A DNA stretch of 64,000 nt from contig OZ271854.1 of assembly GCA_965601925.1 (NCBI GenBank), positions 2,784,001-2,848,000 of the forward strand, given 5' to 3'. The notes under the pieces were generated by a model. That model was not told where the DNA came from and made no database searches. It saw only the letters and a program-made list of their open reading frames with translations. Source of the DNA: Alkalispirochaeta sp. (lineage in GTDB: Bacteria; Spirochaetota; Spirochaetia; DSM-27196; Alkalispirochaetaceae). Positions within the stretch are counted from its first letter, which is position 1; each line of letters starts with the position of its first letter. This document shows, in pieces, positions 39,142 to 49,276 of the stretch. The translations under genes and the position numbers were made by a program.

Positions 39142-39920
39142 TCGAGCTCCCGGGCGACGATGAGTTCGGCGTTCCGTACGCTCCGACGAAGCCAGCGGTT
39201 GAGAATGAGAAGGCGCTCGTAGTCGGAGAGGCGCCACGGCAGATCGGTGACGCGCAGGCGCGCGGAAAGCGCCTGAAGACAGATCGCCGCGGATACCGAG
39301 ATATTGAGACTCTCCACAAAGCCGCGCATCGGGATGCGAAGGTACTCATCGGCGTGATCCAACGCCACCTCCGACAATCCCTCCTTCTCGGTGCCGAGGA
39401 GGAGCACCGCCGGGCCCTCCTCCAGGGAGAAGTCTTCGAGCGTTACGTCGTCGCGATGGGGCGTCGTCGCGACGATACGATAGCCGAGGCGGCGGAGCGT
39501 CCGTATCGCCGCCTCGGTGCCTGCCGGTGCGGCGGTTCTCTCTGCGAGGGCGTGCTCCGACCGATCGGCCCCCGGAGGGGGCGGAGGCGAGTACCGGTAC
39601 AGGCTCAGCCACTGCGCCGTTCCCAGCTCGACACCGGGATTTGTTCGATAGCGATTGCGGTTCTCGACGATATGCACGTCCTGCACGCCGAAAGCGTCGC
39701 ACGATCGCAGTACGGCGCTTGCGTTGTGCGGCTGAAATACATCTTCGACGGCCGCCGCGAGGTAGCGACTGCGCATATCCAGGACGTCTTGCATCCGCTG
39801 CCATCGCCGATCGGTGACGTGGCGACGCAGAATATGCTCCTCCTCTCGAAGGCGTTCTTCGTCTACGGGTGCATAGGGATCGATTCGCGGTCCGTCGGAC
39901 GAGGCAATGTTCTCGTTCAT
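39138..39920 (-). CDS. trmH: TrmH/SpoU family tRNA (guanosine-2'-O)-methyltransferase
   Basis: 'EDVFQPHNASAVLRSCDAFG', 'LGTEKEGLS', 'IPMRGFVESLNISVS'. Confidence 0.92.
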   Translation of the reverse strand: MNENIASSDGPRIDPYAPVDEERLREEEHILRRHVTDRRWQRMQDVLDMRSRYLAAAVEDVFQPHNASAVLRSCDAFGVQDVHIVENRNRYRTNPGVELGTAQWLSLYRYSPPPPPGADRSEHALAERTAAPAGTEAAIRTLRRLGYRIVATTPHRDDVTLEDFSLEEGPAVLLLGTEKEGLSEVALDHADEYLRIPMRGFVESLNISVSAAICLQALSARLRVTDLPWRLSDYERLLILNRWLRRSVRNAELIVARELD

Positions 39921-40004
39921 CGTGACGAGGCTACCCGCACAAATCGGACATTGCAAGGCGAGCGGCGTTGACAGTCCTTTGTCGGGAGAGTACAACGAGC
40001 GCCT

Positions 40005-41489
40005 ATGCAGAAAGAGTATCGGGAGGTAGCGATCGAGCGCATCGACAGCCGCGGTAGAGGGCGCGCCTCGGTACGAGTCGGCGACGGTACCGCGCGTCCG
40101 CTTGTCGTGGCCGGAGCGCTCCCCGGCGACGTTATCGACGTACGAGTACGGAGACGCAAAGCGAGAACGTACCACGGTGAGATTACCGCCTTCCATCGTC
40201 ACGCCACGGCGCGCCGGCGTCCCTTTTGTCGCCACTTCGAGGAGTGCGGCGGGTGTACGATTCAGGATTTGGAGTACTCCGCTCAGTGTGACCTGAAGCG
40301 AGAGATGGTTCGTTCGGCATTCACCGAGGCGGGGTTCGCGTTCGAGGCGAACCAAGACGGTACGGGGCCGGCCGCAGGGGAAGAGATCGACGCAAGCGAG
40401 GCGGATCGCGAGCGTTTCGAGCCGCTTCCCGAGCTGCCGGAGGTAATCGGCGCAGAGAACGAGCGACGTTATCGTAACAAGCTGGAGTTTTCATTCGGCG
40501 CACAGCGGTGGCTCAGTGAGAACGAAGTCGTCGAAGCGGCTCGGATCGACGATCGTCGCGGCCTCGGGTTCCACGTGGCGGGGCGGTTCGACCGCGTACT
40601 CGATCTTACCGAGTGTCATCTCCAAGACGAGCCGTCGGAGTCCATACGCACGTTCATTCGCGACTACTCACGGGAAAACGGACTGACCTACTACGATTCG
40701 CGGGAGCACCACGGGTTTCTCAGGCTCCTCACCATTCGGACCTCTCTATCCGGCGAGACGATGGTTATCGTCACCTTCGGCGAGGATCGCCCGGAGGATA
40801 TTCGCTCGGTAATGGAGGCGATACGAACGCGCTTTGCGACGCTGCACTCCCTGAACTACGTGGTCAATACGAGCAAGAACGATAGTATCTACCCTCACGA
40901 GGTGGTCACCTGGTCGGGGGAGCCGTGGATAACGGAGTTATGCGGACCCAACACACTTCGCGTGCGCCCCAAAGCCTTCTATCAGACCAATCCGCGGCAG
41001 GCGATGAGATTGTACGAGGCCGCATTCGCTCATCTTCAACCGACACGGGACGAACTCGTCTTTGATTTGTACAGCGGTATCGGGAGTATCGCGCTGGCGG
41101 CTGCTCGGTCGGTCGACAGGGTCGTCGGTATCGAGTCGGTTCCCGACGCGGTGCGTGCGGCCCGCGAAAACGCGCGACTGAACGGGATCGACAACGTCGT
41201 CTTCGAGGAGGGAGCCGTGGAGGATACGCTCTCCGAGGTAGCCGCACGTCACGGGCGCCCCGACGTAGTGATCGTCGATCCCCCGCGCTCGGGACTCCAT
41301 CCTCGAGCGCTCGACCGCGTGCGCGATCTCAGTCCGCCGCGGATTCTCTACATCAGTTGCAACCCGCGCACGCAGGCGAGCGACGTCGCCGCGCTCCGTG
41401 AATGGTATCGTGTCGAGGCGTTGCAGCCGGTCGATATGTTTCCCCAGACACGCCACGTTGAAAATATCGTCGCCTTGCGTCGCCGTTGA
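40005..41489 (+). CDS. rlmD: 23S rRNA (uracil-C5)-methyltransferase
   Basis: TRAM domain; 'CRHFEECGGC', 'YRNKLEFSF', 'FYQTN', 'DLYSGIG', 'VDPPRSG', 'YISCNP', 'DMFPQT.HVE'. Confidence 0.94.
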   Translation: MQKEYREVAIERIDSRGRGRASVRVGDGTARPLVVAGALPGDVIDVRVRRRKARTYHGEITAFHRHATARRRPFCRHFEECGGCTIQDLEYSAQCDLKREMVRSAFTEAGFAFEANQDGTGPAAGEEIDASEADRERFEPLPELPEVIGAENERRYRNKLEFSFGAQRWLSENEVVEAARIDDRRGLGFHVAGRFDRVLDLTECHLQDEPSESIRTFIRDYSRENGLTYYDSREHHGFLRLLTIRTSLSGETMVIVTFGEDRPEDIRSVMEAIRTRFATLHSLNYVVNTSKNDSIYPHEVVTWSGEPWITELCGPNTLRVRPKAFYQTNPRQAMRLYEAAFAHLQPTRDELVFDLYSGIGSIALAAARSVDRVVGIESVPDAVRAARENARLNGIDNVVFEEGAVEDTLSEVAARHGRPDVVIVDPPRSGLHPRALDRVRDLSPPRILYISCNPRTQASDVAALREWYRVEALQPVDMFPQTRHVENIVALRRR

Positions 41490-41522
41490 CACGGTTTGGC
41501 GGCAAACGTACTCTAAAATCAC

Positions 41523-41969
41523 ATGAACTTGAGAAAAGTGCTCTCGCCACGGGTAATGTTTCCCGATCTCGATAGCGCTCCCAAGGAGGCGGTGATCACC
41601 GGTATGGTGCAGCGCCTCGCCGACGCGTACGGCGTCTCGGACGTGGAGCCGCTTGTCGCGGCGGTGCTCGAACGGGAGCGTAAGGACAGCACCGGTTTGG
41701 AGTACGGTATTGCTGTGCCCCACGGAAAGACCGACGCGGTGAACGAGCTTTTAGCGGGGATCGCGTTGGTACCGGGGGGCGTCGATTTCACCTCGCGCGA
41801 CGGAAAACCGGCGCGAATCCTCGTTATGACGATCTCGCCGGCGGCCCGATCGGGGCCGCACCTGCAGTTTATCGGTGAGGTCGTCCGGCTGTTGCGCGAC
41901 GAGGATTTGCGTGACGCACTTGTTGCCGCGCGTTGCGCGAATCAGATGTACGAGGCGATTATCCGGTGA
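41523..41969 (+). CDS. Stand-alone PTS EIIA domain protein (Fru/Ntr type)
   Basis: 'ERE..STGL..GIAVPHGK' with the phospho-acceptor His. Confidence 0.92.
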   Translation: MNLRKVLSPRVMFPDLDSAPKEAVITGMVQRLADAYGVSDVEPLVAAVLERERKDSTGLEYGIAVPHGKTDAVNELLAGIALVPGGVDFTSRDGKPARILVMTISPAARSGPHLQFIGEVVRLLRDEDLRDALVAARCANQMYEAIIR

Positions 41970-43579
41970 CCCACGCCGTAACGATCCTCATTATGCAGCT
42001 CGCCGCGCTCATTCTCGCCGCGGCGCTCATGGGACACATGTTCGAGCACGGTTTGAAGCTCCCGCGCGTGTTGGGTGAGTTGGGCGCCGGCGTGCTCGTC
42101 GGTCCCGTGGGCCTCGGCGGCATTCACATTCCCGTGCTGCACCAGGAGCTCTTTCCCGTCGAGGTCGGAGGAACGCTCCCGGTTACCGTAGAGCTGTACG
42201 GTATCGCCGTCTTGGCCTCTATCATTCTTCTCTTTCTGGCAGGATTGGAAACCGACCTTCCGACCTTCGTGCGGTTTTCCGGAGTCGGAAGCGCCGTCGG
42301 AATCGGCGGTGTCGTCGTTGCGTTCTTTCTCGGGGCCTCTTCCGCCGTGCTCTTTCTTCCCTCCGTCGACGGATTCTTCGATCCCCGCGCGCTCTTTCTC
42401 GGTACCCTCTCGACGGCGACATCCGTCGGTATTACCGCCCGCATTCTCTCAGAGCGGCGCAAGATGTCGAGCCCGGAGGGTGTGACGATTCTCGCCGCCG
42501 CAGTGCTCGACGACGTGCTGGGTATCGTGCTACTCGCAGTGGTCGTAGCCGTGGCGCGCGTCGGGCAAGGGAACGTCGACTGGGGCCAGGTCGGACGGAT
42601 CGCGGCGCGCGCCTTCGGGTTCTGGATCGGATCGACGGTTATCGGTGTCGCGGTGGCGCCGCACGTGGTACGGGGCCTCAAACGGTTCCGATCGTTGGAG
42701 GTGATCGCGGGCGTATCGCTCGGTCTGGCTCTCCTGTTGGCCGGGCTTGCCGAGACCGCGGGACTGGCGATGATCATCGGCGCCTATGTCGTCGGCCTTT
42801 CGCTGAGTCGGACCGACGTTGCCGATGAGATTCGCGATCGATTACACGGGCTGTACACCTATCTCGTGCCGGTCTTTTTCGCCGTCATGGGATTGATGAT
42901 CGACTTTCGCGCAATTGGTCCGGTCTTTTGGTTCGGTCTGGTGTTCTCCGCCGCCGCGTTGGTCGGCAAGATTCTGGGATGCGGTATCCCCGCTTTGGCC
43001 TTCGGATTCAACCTTCGCGGCGCCTTTCGGATCGGCGCCGGAATGCTGCCGAGGGGCGAAGTAACGCTCATCGTCGCAGGCGTAGGACTCTCGGCCGGGG
43101 CGATCGGTCAAGATCTCTTCGGAGTGGCGATCATGACCCTGTTGGTGAGCAGCCTCATCGCCCCACTGGTCCTCATCCGGAGCTTGGAGGGCGGAGGCGG
43201 GTATCGTCGGAAACAGGTCGCCGACGACAGTCGCCAGGTTGCGCTCGTGTTACCGTCCCCCGCGGCGGCGGACTTTGTCCGGGGACGCATCGTGGACGCC
43301 TTTCGCAGCGAAGGATTTTTCGTGACCCGCGTCGACATCAATTCGCACATCTATCGGATCAGGCAGGACGATATCAACATTACCATGGTACAGCGCGGCG
43401 GTACGATCACGCTCGCGACACCGGCGCGCAATGAGGAGCTCGTACGGCTGGTACTCCTGGAGGAGTTGGTCGAGCTTAAGGAGCTCATCGGTGGTCTGGA
43501 GATGGCCGGCGGGGCCGATGCGATCGGTGACGGACTTGTCGACGGCATGTTCGGTTCCGGCACGGGCGCAGCACCGTAG
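41966..43579 (+). CDS. Cation:proton antiporter (CPA2/NapA-like) with soluble C-terminal extension
   Basis: 'GELGAGVLVGP', 'AGLETD', 'ATSVGIT', 'AAVLDDVLG', 'GMLPRGEV'; GTGA overlap with the EIIA gene. Confidence 0.92.
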   Translation: MTHAVTILIMQLAALILAAALMGHMFEHGLKLPRVLGELGAGVLVGPVGLGGIHIPVLHQELFPVEVGGTLPVTVELYGIAVLASIILLFLAGLETDLPTFVRFSGVGSAVGIGGVVVAFFLGASSAVLFLPSVDGFFDPRALFLGTLSTATSVGITARILSERRKMSSPEGVTILAAAVLDDVLGIVLLAVVVAVARVGQGNVDWGQVGRIAARAFGFWIGSTVIGVAVAPHVVRGLKRFRSLEVIAGVSLGLALLLAGLAETAGLAMIIGAYVVGLSLSRTDVADEIRDRLHGLYTYLVPVFFAVMGLMIDFRAIGPVFWFGLVFSAAALVGKILGCGIPALAFGFNLRGAFRIGAGMLPRGEVTLIVAGVGLSAGAIGQDLFGVAIMTLLVSSLIAPLVLIRSLEGGGGYRRKQVADDSRQVALVLPSPAAADFVRGRIVDAFRSEGFFVTRVDINSHIYRIRQDDINITMVQRGGTITLATPARNEELVRLVLLEELVELKELIGGLEMAGGADAIGDGLVDGMFGSGTGAAP

Positions 43580-43588
43580 CCCCACAGG

Positions 43589-44590
43589 ATGGGAAGTATG
43601 GATACGACGAATGTGATCGACGAGCGCACCGTCGTCGGTCCCTTGAAAAGCTGGTTGCGACGGTCGGCGGCTCGACGCGGACCGATCGGCCTTGCACTCG
43701 GCGGAGGCGGCGCGCGGGGAATCGCCCACGTCGGCGCGCTGGAGGCACTCGCCGACTATCCCGCCCTTGCCCCGCGCATGTATGCGGGCACTTCGGCCGG
43801 GTCGGTAATCGCCGTTTTGGCGGCGGCGGGACTCTCTCCGGCGGAGATTCGCGAGTTCGCCTCGGGGCTGGAATGGTTCACCCACGTCATAAAAGTCTCC
43901 GACTTCATCGATTTACGCCATCTCAATCGCGGTGGACTCTTTCCCAACACGCGCTTGCGAGAAACGGTCAACGAACGGATCGGACGACGCAGTTTCGATG
44001 AGCTGCCGTACGATGTTGCGATTACCGCCACCGATATCGTTCGGCGACGACGGGTCATCTTCACCTCTCATCGCGCGGCGCAGCGACTCGATCTGCAGAC
44101 TTTGGAGCGCTTTCTCCCTCCGGCACGCGATCACCTTCCGGGAGCGGAGACGGTAATTCTCTCCGACGTCGCCGATGTGGGGCTCGCGGTATGCGCGAGT
44201 TGCGCCGTGCCCGGCTTCTTTCGTCCCGTTTCCATCCACACTATGAATCTGGTCGACGGAGGGCTGGTAGACCAAACGCCGGTCGACATCGTATCGGCGA
44301 TGGGCGCCACCCTTTCCGTGGGAGTGAGCCTGGGTCTCTCGTTCATGCCCCAGAAATTGGAACATGCGTTGCACGCCTTCGGCGGGACGGTCGGAATGCT
44401 CGGTATCCAACAGCTTCGCAAGAGCCTGGAGAGCGCGGATATCGGCTTTCAGGTATCGGGTATCGACGGACGCAGCCCCTTTGCCGCGGGCCAAACAGAC
44501 CTCATCAGTCTGGGGCGCCGCGATATGCATACGCATATTCGTATGTTTTTCGGCTCACGCGGCGCCGAGATTCTCTCTCGTGGCCGATAG
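43589..44590 (+). CDS. Patatin-like phospholipase
   Basis: 'GGGGARG', nucleophile 'GTSAG', 'ASCAVPG', 'DGG'. Confidence 0.92.
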   Translation: MGSMDTTNVIDERTVVGPLKSWLRRSAARRGPIGLALGGGGARGIAHVGALEALADYPALAPRMYAGTSAGSVIAVLAAAGLSPAEIREFASGLEWFTHVIKVSDFIDLRHLNRGGLFPNTRLRETVNERIGRRSFDELPYDVAITATDIVRRRRVIFTSHRAAQRLDLQTLERFLPPARDHLPGAETVILSDVADVGLAVCASCAVPGFFRPVSIHTMNLVDGGLVDQTPVDIVSAMGATLSVGVSLGLSFMPQKLEHALHAFGGTVGMLGIQQLRKSLESADIGFQVSGIDGRSPFAAGQTDLISLGRRDMHTHIRMFFGSRGAEILSRGR

Positions 44591-44657
44591 ACGCTCGCCG
44601 GGCGGTCGCTTGACTCGCGCGCGCAAACCGTTACCTTCTGGGGACGGAGGCATATAG

Positions 44658-45182
44658 ATGAATCGACAGTCAATCGTTCTCGGCGGAGGCTGCTTTTGGT
44701 GTATCGAGGCGCTCTATCGCCGCCTTTCGGGTGTGATCGAGGTGCGGTCGGGATACGCGGGAGGCCACGTTGAGAATCCGACCTATAAAGAGGTTTGCAC
44801 CGGCTCCACCGGACACGCCGAGGTCGTCGAAGTCACCTTTGACGGGGACGTCATTTCTCCCGAGGAAATCCTGGCATTTTTCTGGAAGGCACACGATCCG
44901 ACGACGCCGAACCGGCAAGGAGCGGACGTCGGCACCCAATACCGCTCCATCATCCTGTACGCCGACGAGAAGCAGAAGCGCGTCGCCGAGGCGAGCCTGA
45001 AGCGGGCGCAAGCGGCGATTTCCGATCCGATCGTGACCGAGATCGAGCCGCTGGGCGCGCTCTACCCCGCCGAGGATTATCACAACGATTACTACGAGCG
45101 TAATCCCGGACAGGGATATTGCCGAGTGGTGATCGAGCCGAAAATTGCGAAGTTGGGATTCGATAGTGCCCCGCAACGCTGA
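44658..45182 (+). CDS. msrA: Peptide-methionine (S)-S-oxide reductase
   Basis: 'GGCFWC', 'GYAGG', 'TGHAEV', 'HDPT..NRQG.DVGTQYRS', 'AEDYH'. Confidence 0.97.
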   Translation: MNRQSIVLGGGCFWCIEALYRRLSGVIEVRSGYAGGHVENPTYKEVCTGSTGHAEVVEVTFDGDVISPEEILAFFWKAHDPTTPNRQGADVGTQYRSIILYADEKQKRVAEASLKRAQAAISDPIVTEIEPLGALYPAEDYHNDYYERNPGQGYCRVVIEPKIAKLGFDSAPQR

Positions 45183-45210
45183 GACGACACCGGGCGACGG
45201 CGTGCGGGGA

Positions 45211-46386
45211 ATGGACGACGCGGCGCAATACGGATATACGCTCTTCTTCCAGAATGAGCTTCCCGCCGATGAGTTGCGTCGCCGTCCGATCCCGCGCGAG
45301 GAGGACGAACGAGATCTCAGGGGCCACTATTTTCGCGATACCACCGCGATCGTTCACTCCTACCCCTTCCGTCGGATGAAGCATAAGACGCAGGTCTTCT
45401 TCGCCCCGCGGAACGATCACATTTGTACGCGTATCGAGCATGTGATGCACGTCGCCACGATCGCCGCAACGATTTGCCGCGCCCTTAATCTGGATCCCGA
45501 TCTCGCGTGGGCGATCGGTCTGGGACACGACTTGGGCCATACACCGTTCGGTCACTTGGGCGAGACGATTCTCGCTCGGTTGCGCGGCGGCGAGGGGTTT
45601 CGTCACGAGATCTATAGTCTGCGCGTGGTGGACAAACTCGCCAACCGCGGACGCGGGCTCAACCTGACCTACGCGGTGCGAGACGGCATCATCAACCACT
45701 GCGGCGAGAAGTTCGAGCAGGCCCTGGCGCCGGACCACACGGTCAAGGATCTGTCGGCCGTCACGCGACGTGACCACCTCCCCGGTACGTGGGAGGGCGT
45801 GGCCGTGCGCATGTCCGATAAGATCGCCTATCTCGGGCGCGACCTTGAGGATGCGATGCAGTTGGGTATCGTTCGCCGCGATGAGATACCCGAGGCGGGA
45901 AAGCGCCTGTTGGGAGTCAATAACTCGGAGATCATCGACAGTTTGGTAAACGATCTTATCCGCCGTTCCCTGGAAACCGGTACGATCGGTTTTTCCGACG
46001 ACGTGTATGCCGCCTTCCTCGAGGTAAAGAACTTCAACTACGAACGTATCTACGCCAGCTCCACCTTAGAGGGGTATCACCAGTACTTCGAGCGCATTCT
46101 CACCACGCTCTACGAGTATCTCCTGGATATCTTCGAGCGCTTTGGGGTCGAGGAGGAGCGTTACGCGGCGCAACGCAATACGCTCGCGGCGCGGTTCGGC
46201 GACTACGTACGCAAGATGCGCGAGTTCTACGAGTCCGAGGAGGGGAGCCCTGCGGACGTCGTATTCGACTACGTGGCGGGAATGACCGACGACTTCGCCA
46301 TCGACAGCGTTCGGGAGATCATGATTCCGACCGAGTTTTCCGCGCAGTTCGACCGGTTGGAGCTCGGCATGGGTCGTCCGAGATAG
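45211..46386 (+). CDS. HD-domain dNTP triphosphohydrolase (dGTPase-like)
   Basis: 'FRRMKHKTQVF', 'TRIEH', 'GHDLGHTPFGH.GE', 'DKIAY', 'DYVAGMTD'. Confidence 0.9.
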   Translation: MDDAAQYGYTLFFQNELPADELRRRPIPREEDERDLRGHYFRDTTAIVHSYPFRRMKHKTQVFFAPRNDHICTRIEHVMHVATIAATICRALNLDPDLAWAIGLGHDLGHTPFGHLGETILARLRGGEGFRHEIYSLRVVDKLANRGRGLNLTYAVRDGIINHCGEKFEQALAPDHTVKDLSAVTRRDHLPGTWEGVAVRMSDKIAYLGRDLEDAMQLGIVRRDEIPEAGKRLLGVNNSEIIDSLVNDLIRRSLETGTIGFSDDVYAAFLEVKNFNYERIYASSTLEGYHQYFERILTTLYEYLLDIFERFGVEEERYAAQRNTLAARFGDYVRKMREFYESEEGSPADVVFDYVAGMTDDFAIDSVREIMIPTEFSAQFDRLELGMGRPR

Positions 46387-46398
46387 GACCCGCGTGGT

Positions 46399-46899
46399 TC
46401 ACAGGAGCTCACTTCGGATCGGAATACCGCAGCGCGCGGCGGTACTCCTGATCGCCGCGACCTGATCGTTGAGAGTGTCGAGCTGCACGACGACCTGGTA
46501 GTGACGCATCGCCCACAGGGGTTTGTTCAGCACGCGCAAAACCGCCGGCCCGTGGCGACGTATCCGATCGGGATCGGTGAGGCGAAAGCCGATCGTCGGG
46601 TGCTCCAATAGTGCATAGATTCGTATCTCTTCGATCTCCTCGAAGGTGATAAGCCCCAGTGGTTGCGCCGGATCGAGTACGGCAAACCCCTCCTCCTCGA
46701 TGTTCAAGACGACGACGCGACGGGCCGCACGGCGCCAGGAGTACAAGAAGAGAGCCGCGAAACCGACCGCGCCGGTGACCGCAACCGGGTTAAACCCCAC
46801 ATCGAAGGCAAATACGGACACGGCTGCGGCGGCCACCGAGAAGAGCGCCAACAGTCGATAGCCCCGGGAGTGGCCGTAGATAGGGGTTCGTTGACTCAT
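46399..46899 (-). CDS. Hypothetical membrane protein (two N-terminal TM helices)
   Basis: Two hydrophobic segments followed by a soluble domain; fills the gap between neighbours. Confidence 0.65.
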   Translation of the reverse strand: MSQRTPIYGHSRGYRLLALFSVAAAAVSVFAFDVGFNPVAVTGAVGFAALFLYSWRRAARRVVVLNIEEEGFAVLDPAQPLGLITFEEIEEIRIYALLEHPTIGFRLTDPDRIRRHGPAVLRVLNKPLWAMRHYQVVVQLDTLNDQVAAIRSTAARCGIPIRSELL

Positions 46900-46968
46900 G
46901 CTTCCTCAAAGATACCGTCCCGGGACTCTTGCCGCAATGGCGCAACGCCGCGTACTCTCTTGCCGGTT

Positions 46969-48003
46969 ATGAAACGATATGTAATGATCGCGGCGCTCTC
47001 GGCGGCGTTTCTTATCGCTGCGGCGGTAGGCGCGTTGTTGGTTGCGCGTCACTCCCTTACGACGCCGGTCGGCGGACGAGGTTCGGTCGTCGGATACGAA
47101 GAGGTCCTCTTCGAGATTCGACCCGGAGAGAGTTTACGCACCATCAGCGGCAATCTCGCCGAGACCGGTCTGATTCGACGTCCCCGGATATTTGAAGTGT
47201 ATGCACGACTGGAGGACTACGACAGGCGGCTTCAGGCGGGACGGTATCTGCTCGGGTTCAATATGACGCCGGTGACTATGCTTGAGATGATCGTCGGCGG
47301 CGAGGCGGTTTTCGACGAGATCGTGGTTACGATTCCCGAAGGATGGAGCCTCGACGATATCGAGCGCCATTTCGAGGCGTTGGGACTGTTCGACATCGCG
47401 CACTTTCAAGAGGCGGTCGTAATGCACGAGCGCTATCGCGATTTTGTGCACCTCGCTTCGCTCGAGAACGGTACGATCCTCGATGGATATCTCTTTCCCG
47501 ACACGTATAGGATATTTGCCGACAGTACACCGGAAAGCGTGATACGCCGGATGCTCGATAACTTTCACCGACGTATTCCGGTGGAGCTGGTATCGGAGAT
47601 CGAACGTCAGGAGCGTACACTCCACGACGTGCTGGCTCTCGCTTCGATCGTACAGAAGGAATCGGCCTCCGTCCACGAGATGCCGGACGTTGCCGGCGTC
47701 TTTTGGAACCGCCTGGAAATCAATATGCGGTTGGAATCCGACGCGACGGTCAACTACGTGTTGGGTACGAGTAATCTGCAACCGACCTTCGCCGATACCG
47801 AGGTCCAGCATCCGTACAATACGTACGAGAACCACGGCTTACCGCCCGGACCGATCGGTAACCCCGGACTACCGGCAATCGAGGCGGCGCTCCGCCCGGC
47901 GGAACACCCCTATCTCTTTTTTCTTCACAAACCGAATCGCGAAATCGTCTTGTCGCGGACCTTCAGCGAACACCTGGCCAACAAAGCGCGCTATTTGGAT
48001 TGA
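46969..48003 (+). CDS. mltG: Endolytic transglycosylase MltG
   Basis: N-terminal TM; 'LQAGRY', 'VTIPEG', 'GYLFPDTY', 'LASIVQKE', 'YNTY..GLPPGPIGNPG'. Confidence 0.95.
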   Translation: MKRYVMIAALSAAFLIAAAVGALLVARHSLTTPVGGRGSVVGYEEVLFEIRPGESLRTISGNLAETGLIRRPRIFEVYARLEDYDRRLQAGRYLLGFNMTPVTMLEMIVGGEAVFDEIVVTIPEGWSLDDIERHFEALGLFDIAHFQEAVVMHERYRDFVHLASLENGTILDGYLFPDTYRIFADSTPESVIRRMLDNFHRRIPVELVSEIERQERTLHDVLALASIVQKESASVHEMPDVAGVFWNRLEINMRLESDATVNYVLGTSNLQPTFADTEVQHPYNTYENHGLPPGPIGNPGLPAIEAALRPAEHPYLFFLHKPNREIVLSRTFSEHLANKARYLD

Positions 48004-49154
48004 TCGTTGTTCGGTGCGTCGGACGGCCCCTCCGCCGCCGGGTCGTCGACGAAGCGTGGAAGGATCGGGTCGGGAAGACCGCTCCATCCCTGCGGTCCGC
48101 GATCCAGCTCAGGATCGCTCAGGAGGCATCCGCGCAGGCGGCGCAATTCGCGCTCCACGGCGTCGGGCGTGCCGATGATCGTAATCGACTGCTGCCGATC
48201 CTGCCACGGCCCCGCTGAGAGGGAGGCCCTCACGTCCCGGTCGTCCGGCAGCTCGTCGTCACCAAGGGCGCCGTACCACGTGCCCTCCATCCCCAGCTCG
48301 CGCTGGGCGCCTGCGACATCCAAGACGAAGACGTGTTCCATATCCGTCGCGATCCACACAAATCCTTTGACTCTCACGATACCGGGCCACGGCTCGTCCA
48401 GCCATGCGTCCAAACGCTCGGGATGGAAGGGGCGCGTCTCCTTGATGTGGCGCGCCACGACCGGCTGAAAGCGCGACGTCGTCGGCGACATCTTATGGGC
48501 GCGATCTCCGTTCTCGCCGGCCCGCCCATCGCGGCGGCGTCCGGTAGCGACGATCTCATCGACCGGTAGACGACCGAACTCGGTCAAGCCGATTTCCGCG
48601 TCGCGATTGAGCCGCTTGACCGCACGCCGGGTACGACGACGTTGCCGGAACCGCGCCCGATCGTTCTTGTTGAGCACGACGAGATCGGCCGAGGCGATCT
48701 GGTCCGTGATGAGCGCGCGTAACTCGCGGTCTTTCCAGTACATCGTGAAGCTCGTGACGTCCACCAGGGCGATGACGCGGTCCAGGTAAACGAGACTGCT
48801 GAGCTCTCCCGCGGTATCGATCGCCGAGGAGAGCGCCGCCGACGGTGAGCTACCGGAGGTCTCGACGACGATCGCCTCAGGCGGCTCCGGGAGTCGGGCG
48901 AGGCTCTCGATTTCGGCGATGACGTCCGTGAGTCTACCTATCCCGGCGCGGCCGCCGGCGACGGCGCGTATGGTATCGTCACTGGCGACTGCGATATGCT
49001 CGCCGCCGCGCAGGAACGCGACGTCGATGCTCTCAACGGCCAGATCGTTTACCACCACGGCGATCTTACGCTCGGCGGCATTATCGAGCAGGTGTGCAAT
49101 GAGCGACGTCTTCCCGGCGCCCAAAAATCCGGTTACAACGGTGATGGGAATCAT
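47991..49154 (-). CDS. CobW/COG0523 family GTPase lacking the CxCC motif
   Basis: 'TGFLGAGKT', 'AVVVND', 'VETSG', 'DQI..AD..VLNK.D', CobW_C 'RPFHPERL..RVKGFVW..RQQ..IIG'. Confidence 0.88.
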   Translation of the reverse strand: MIPITVVTGFLGAGKTSLIAHLLDNAAERKIAVVVNDLAVESIDVAFLRGGEHIAVASDDTIRAVAGGRAGIGRLTDVIAEIESLARLPEPPEAIVVETSGSSPSAALSSAIDTAGELSSLVYLDRVIALVDVTSFTMYWKDRELRALITDQIASADLVVLNKNDRARFRQRRRTRRAVKRLNRDAEIGLTEFGRLPVDEIVATGRRRDGRAGENGDRAHKMSPTTSRFQPVVARHIKETRPFHPERLDAWLDEPWPGIVRVKGFVWIATDMEHVFVLDVAGAQRELGMEGTWYGALGDDELPDDRDVRASLSAGPWQDRQQSITIIGTPDAVERELRRLRGCLLSDPELDRGPQGWSGLPDPILPRFVDDPAAEGPSDAPNNDQSK

Positions 49155-49276
49155 GGAACGGCACCGTAGCAGAAAATGCGTGACAAGGGTAGCGCATCTC
49201 GGACGCCTTGGAAATGAACGGTCGGAAGCGTTCACGCGGGGCGATGTTCCCGATATGCTGACGGCGGGAGCGATAT

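Noticed and set aside
39921..40355. N-terminal extension of trmH overlapping rlmD
   Set aside because: Antisense to rlmD, and a promoter sits directly before ATG 39920.
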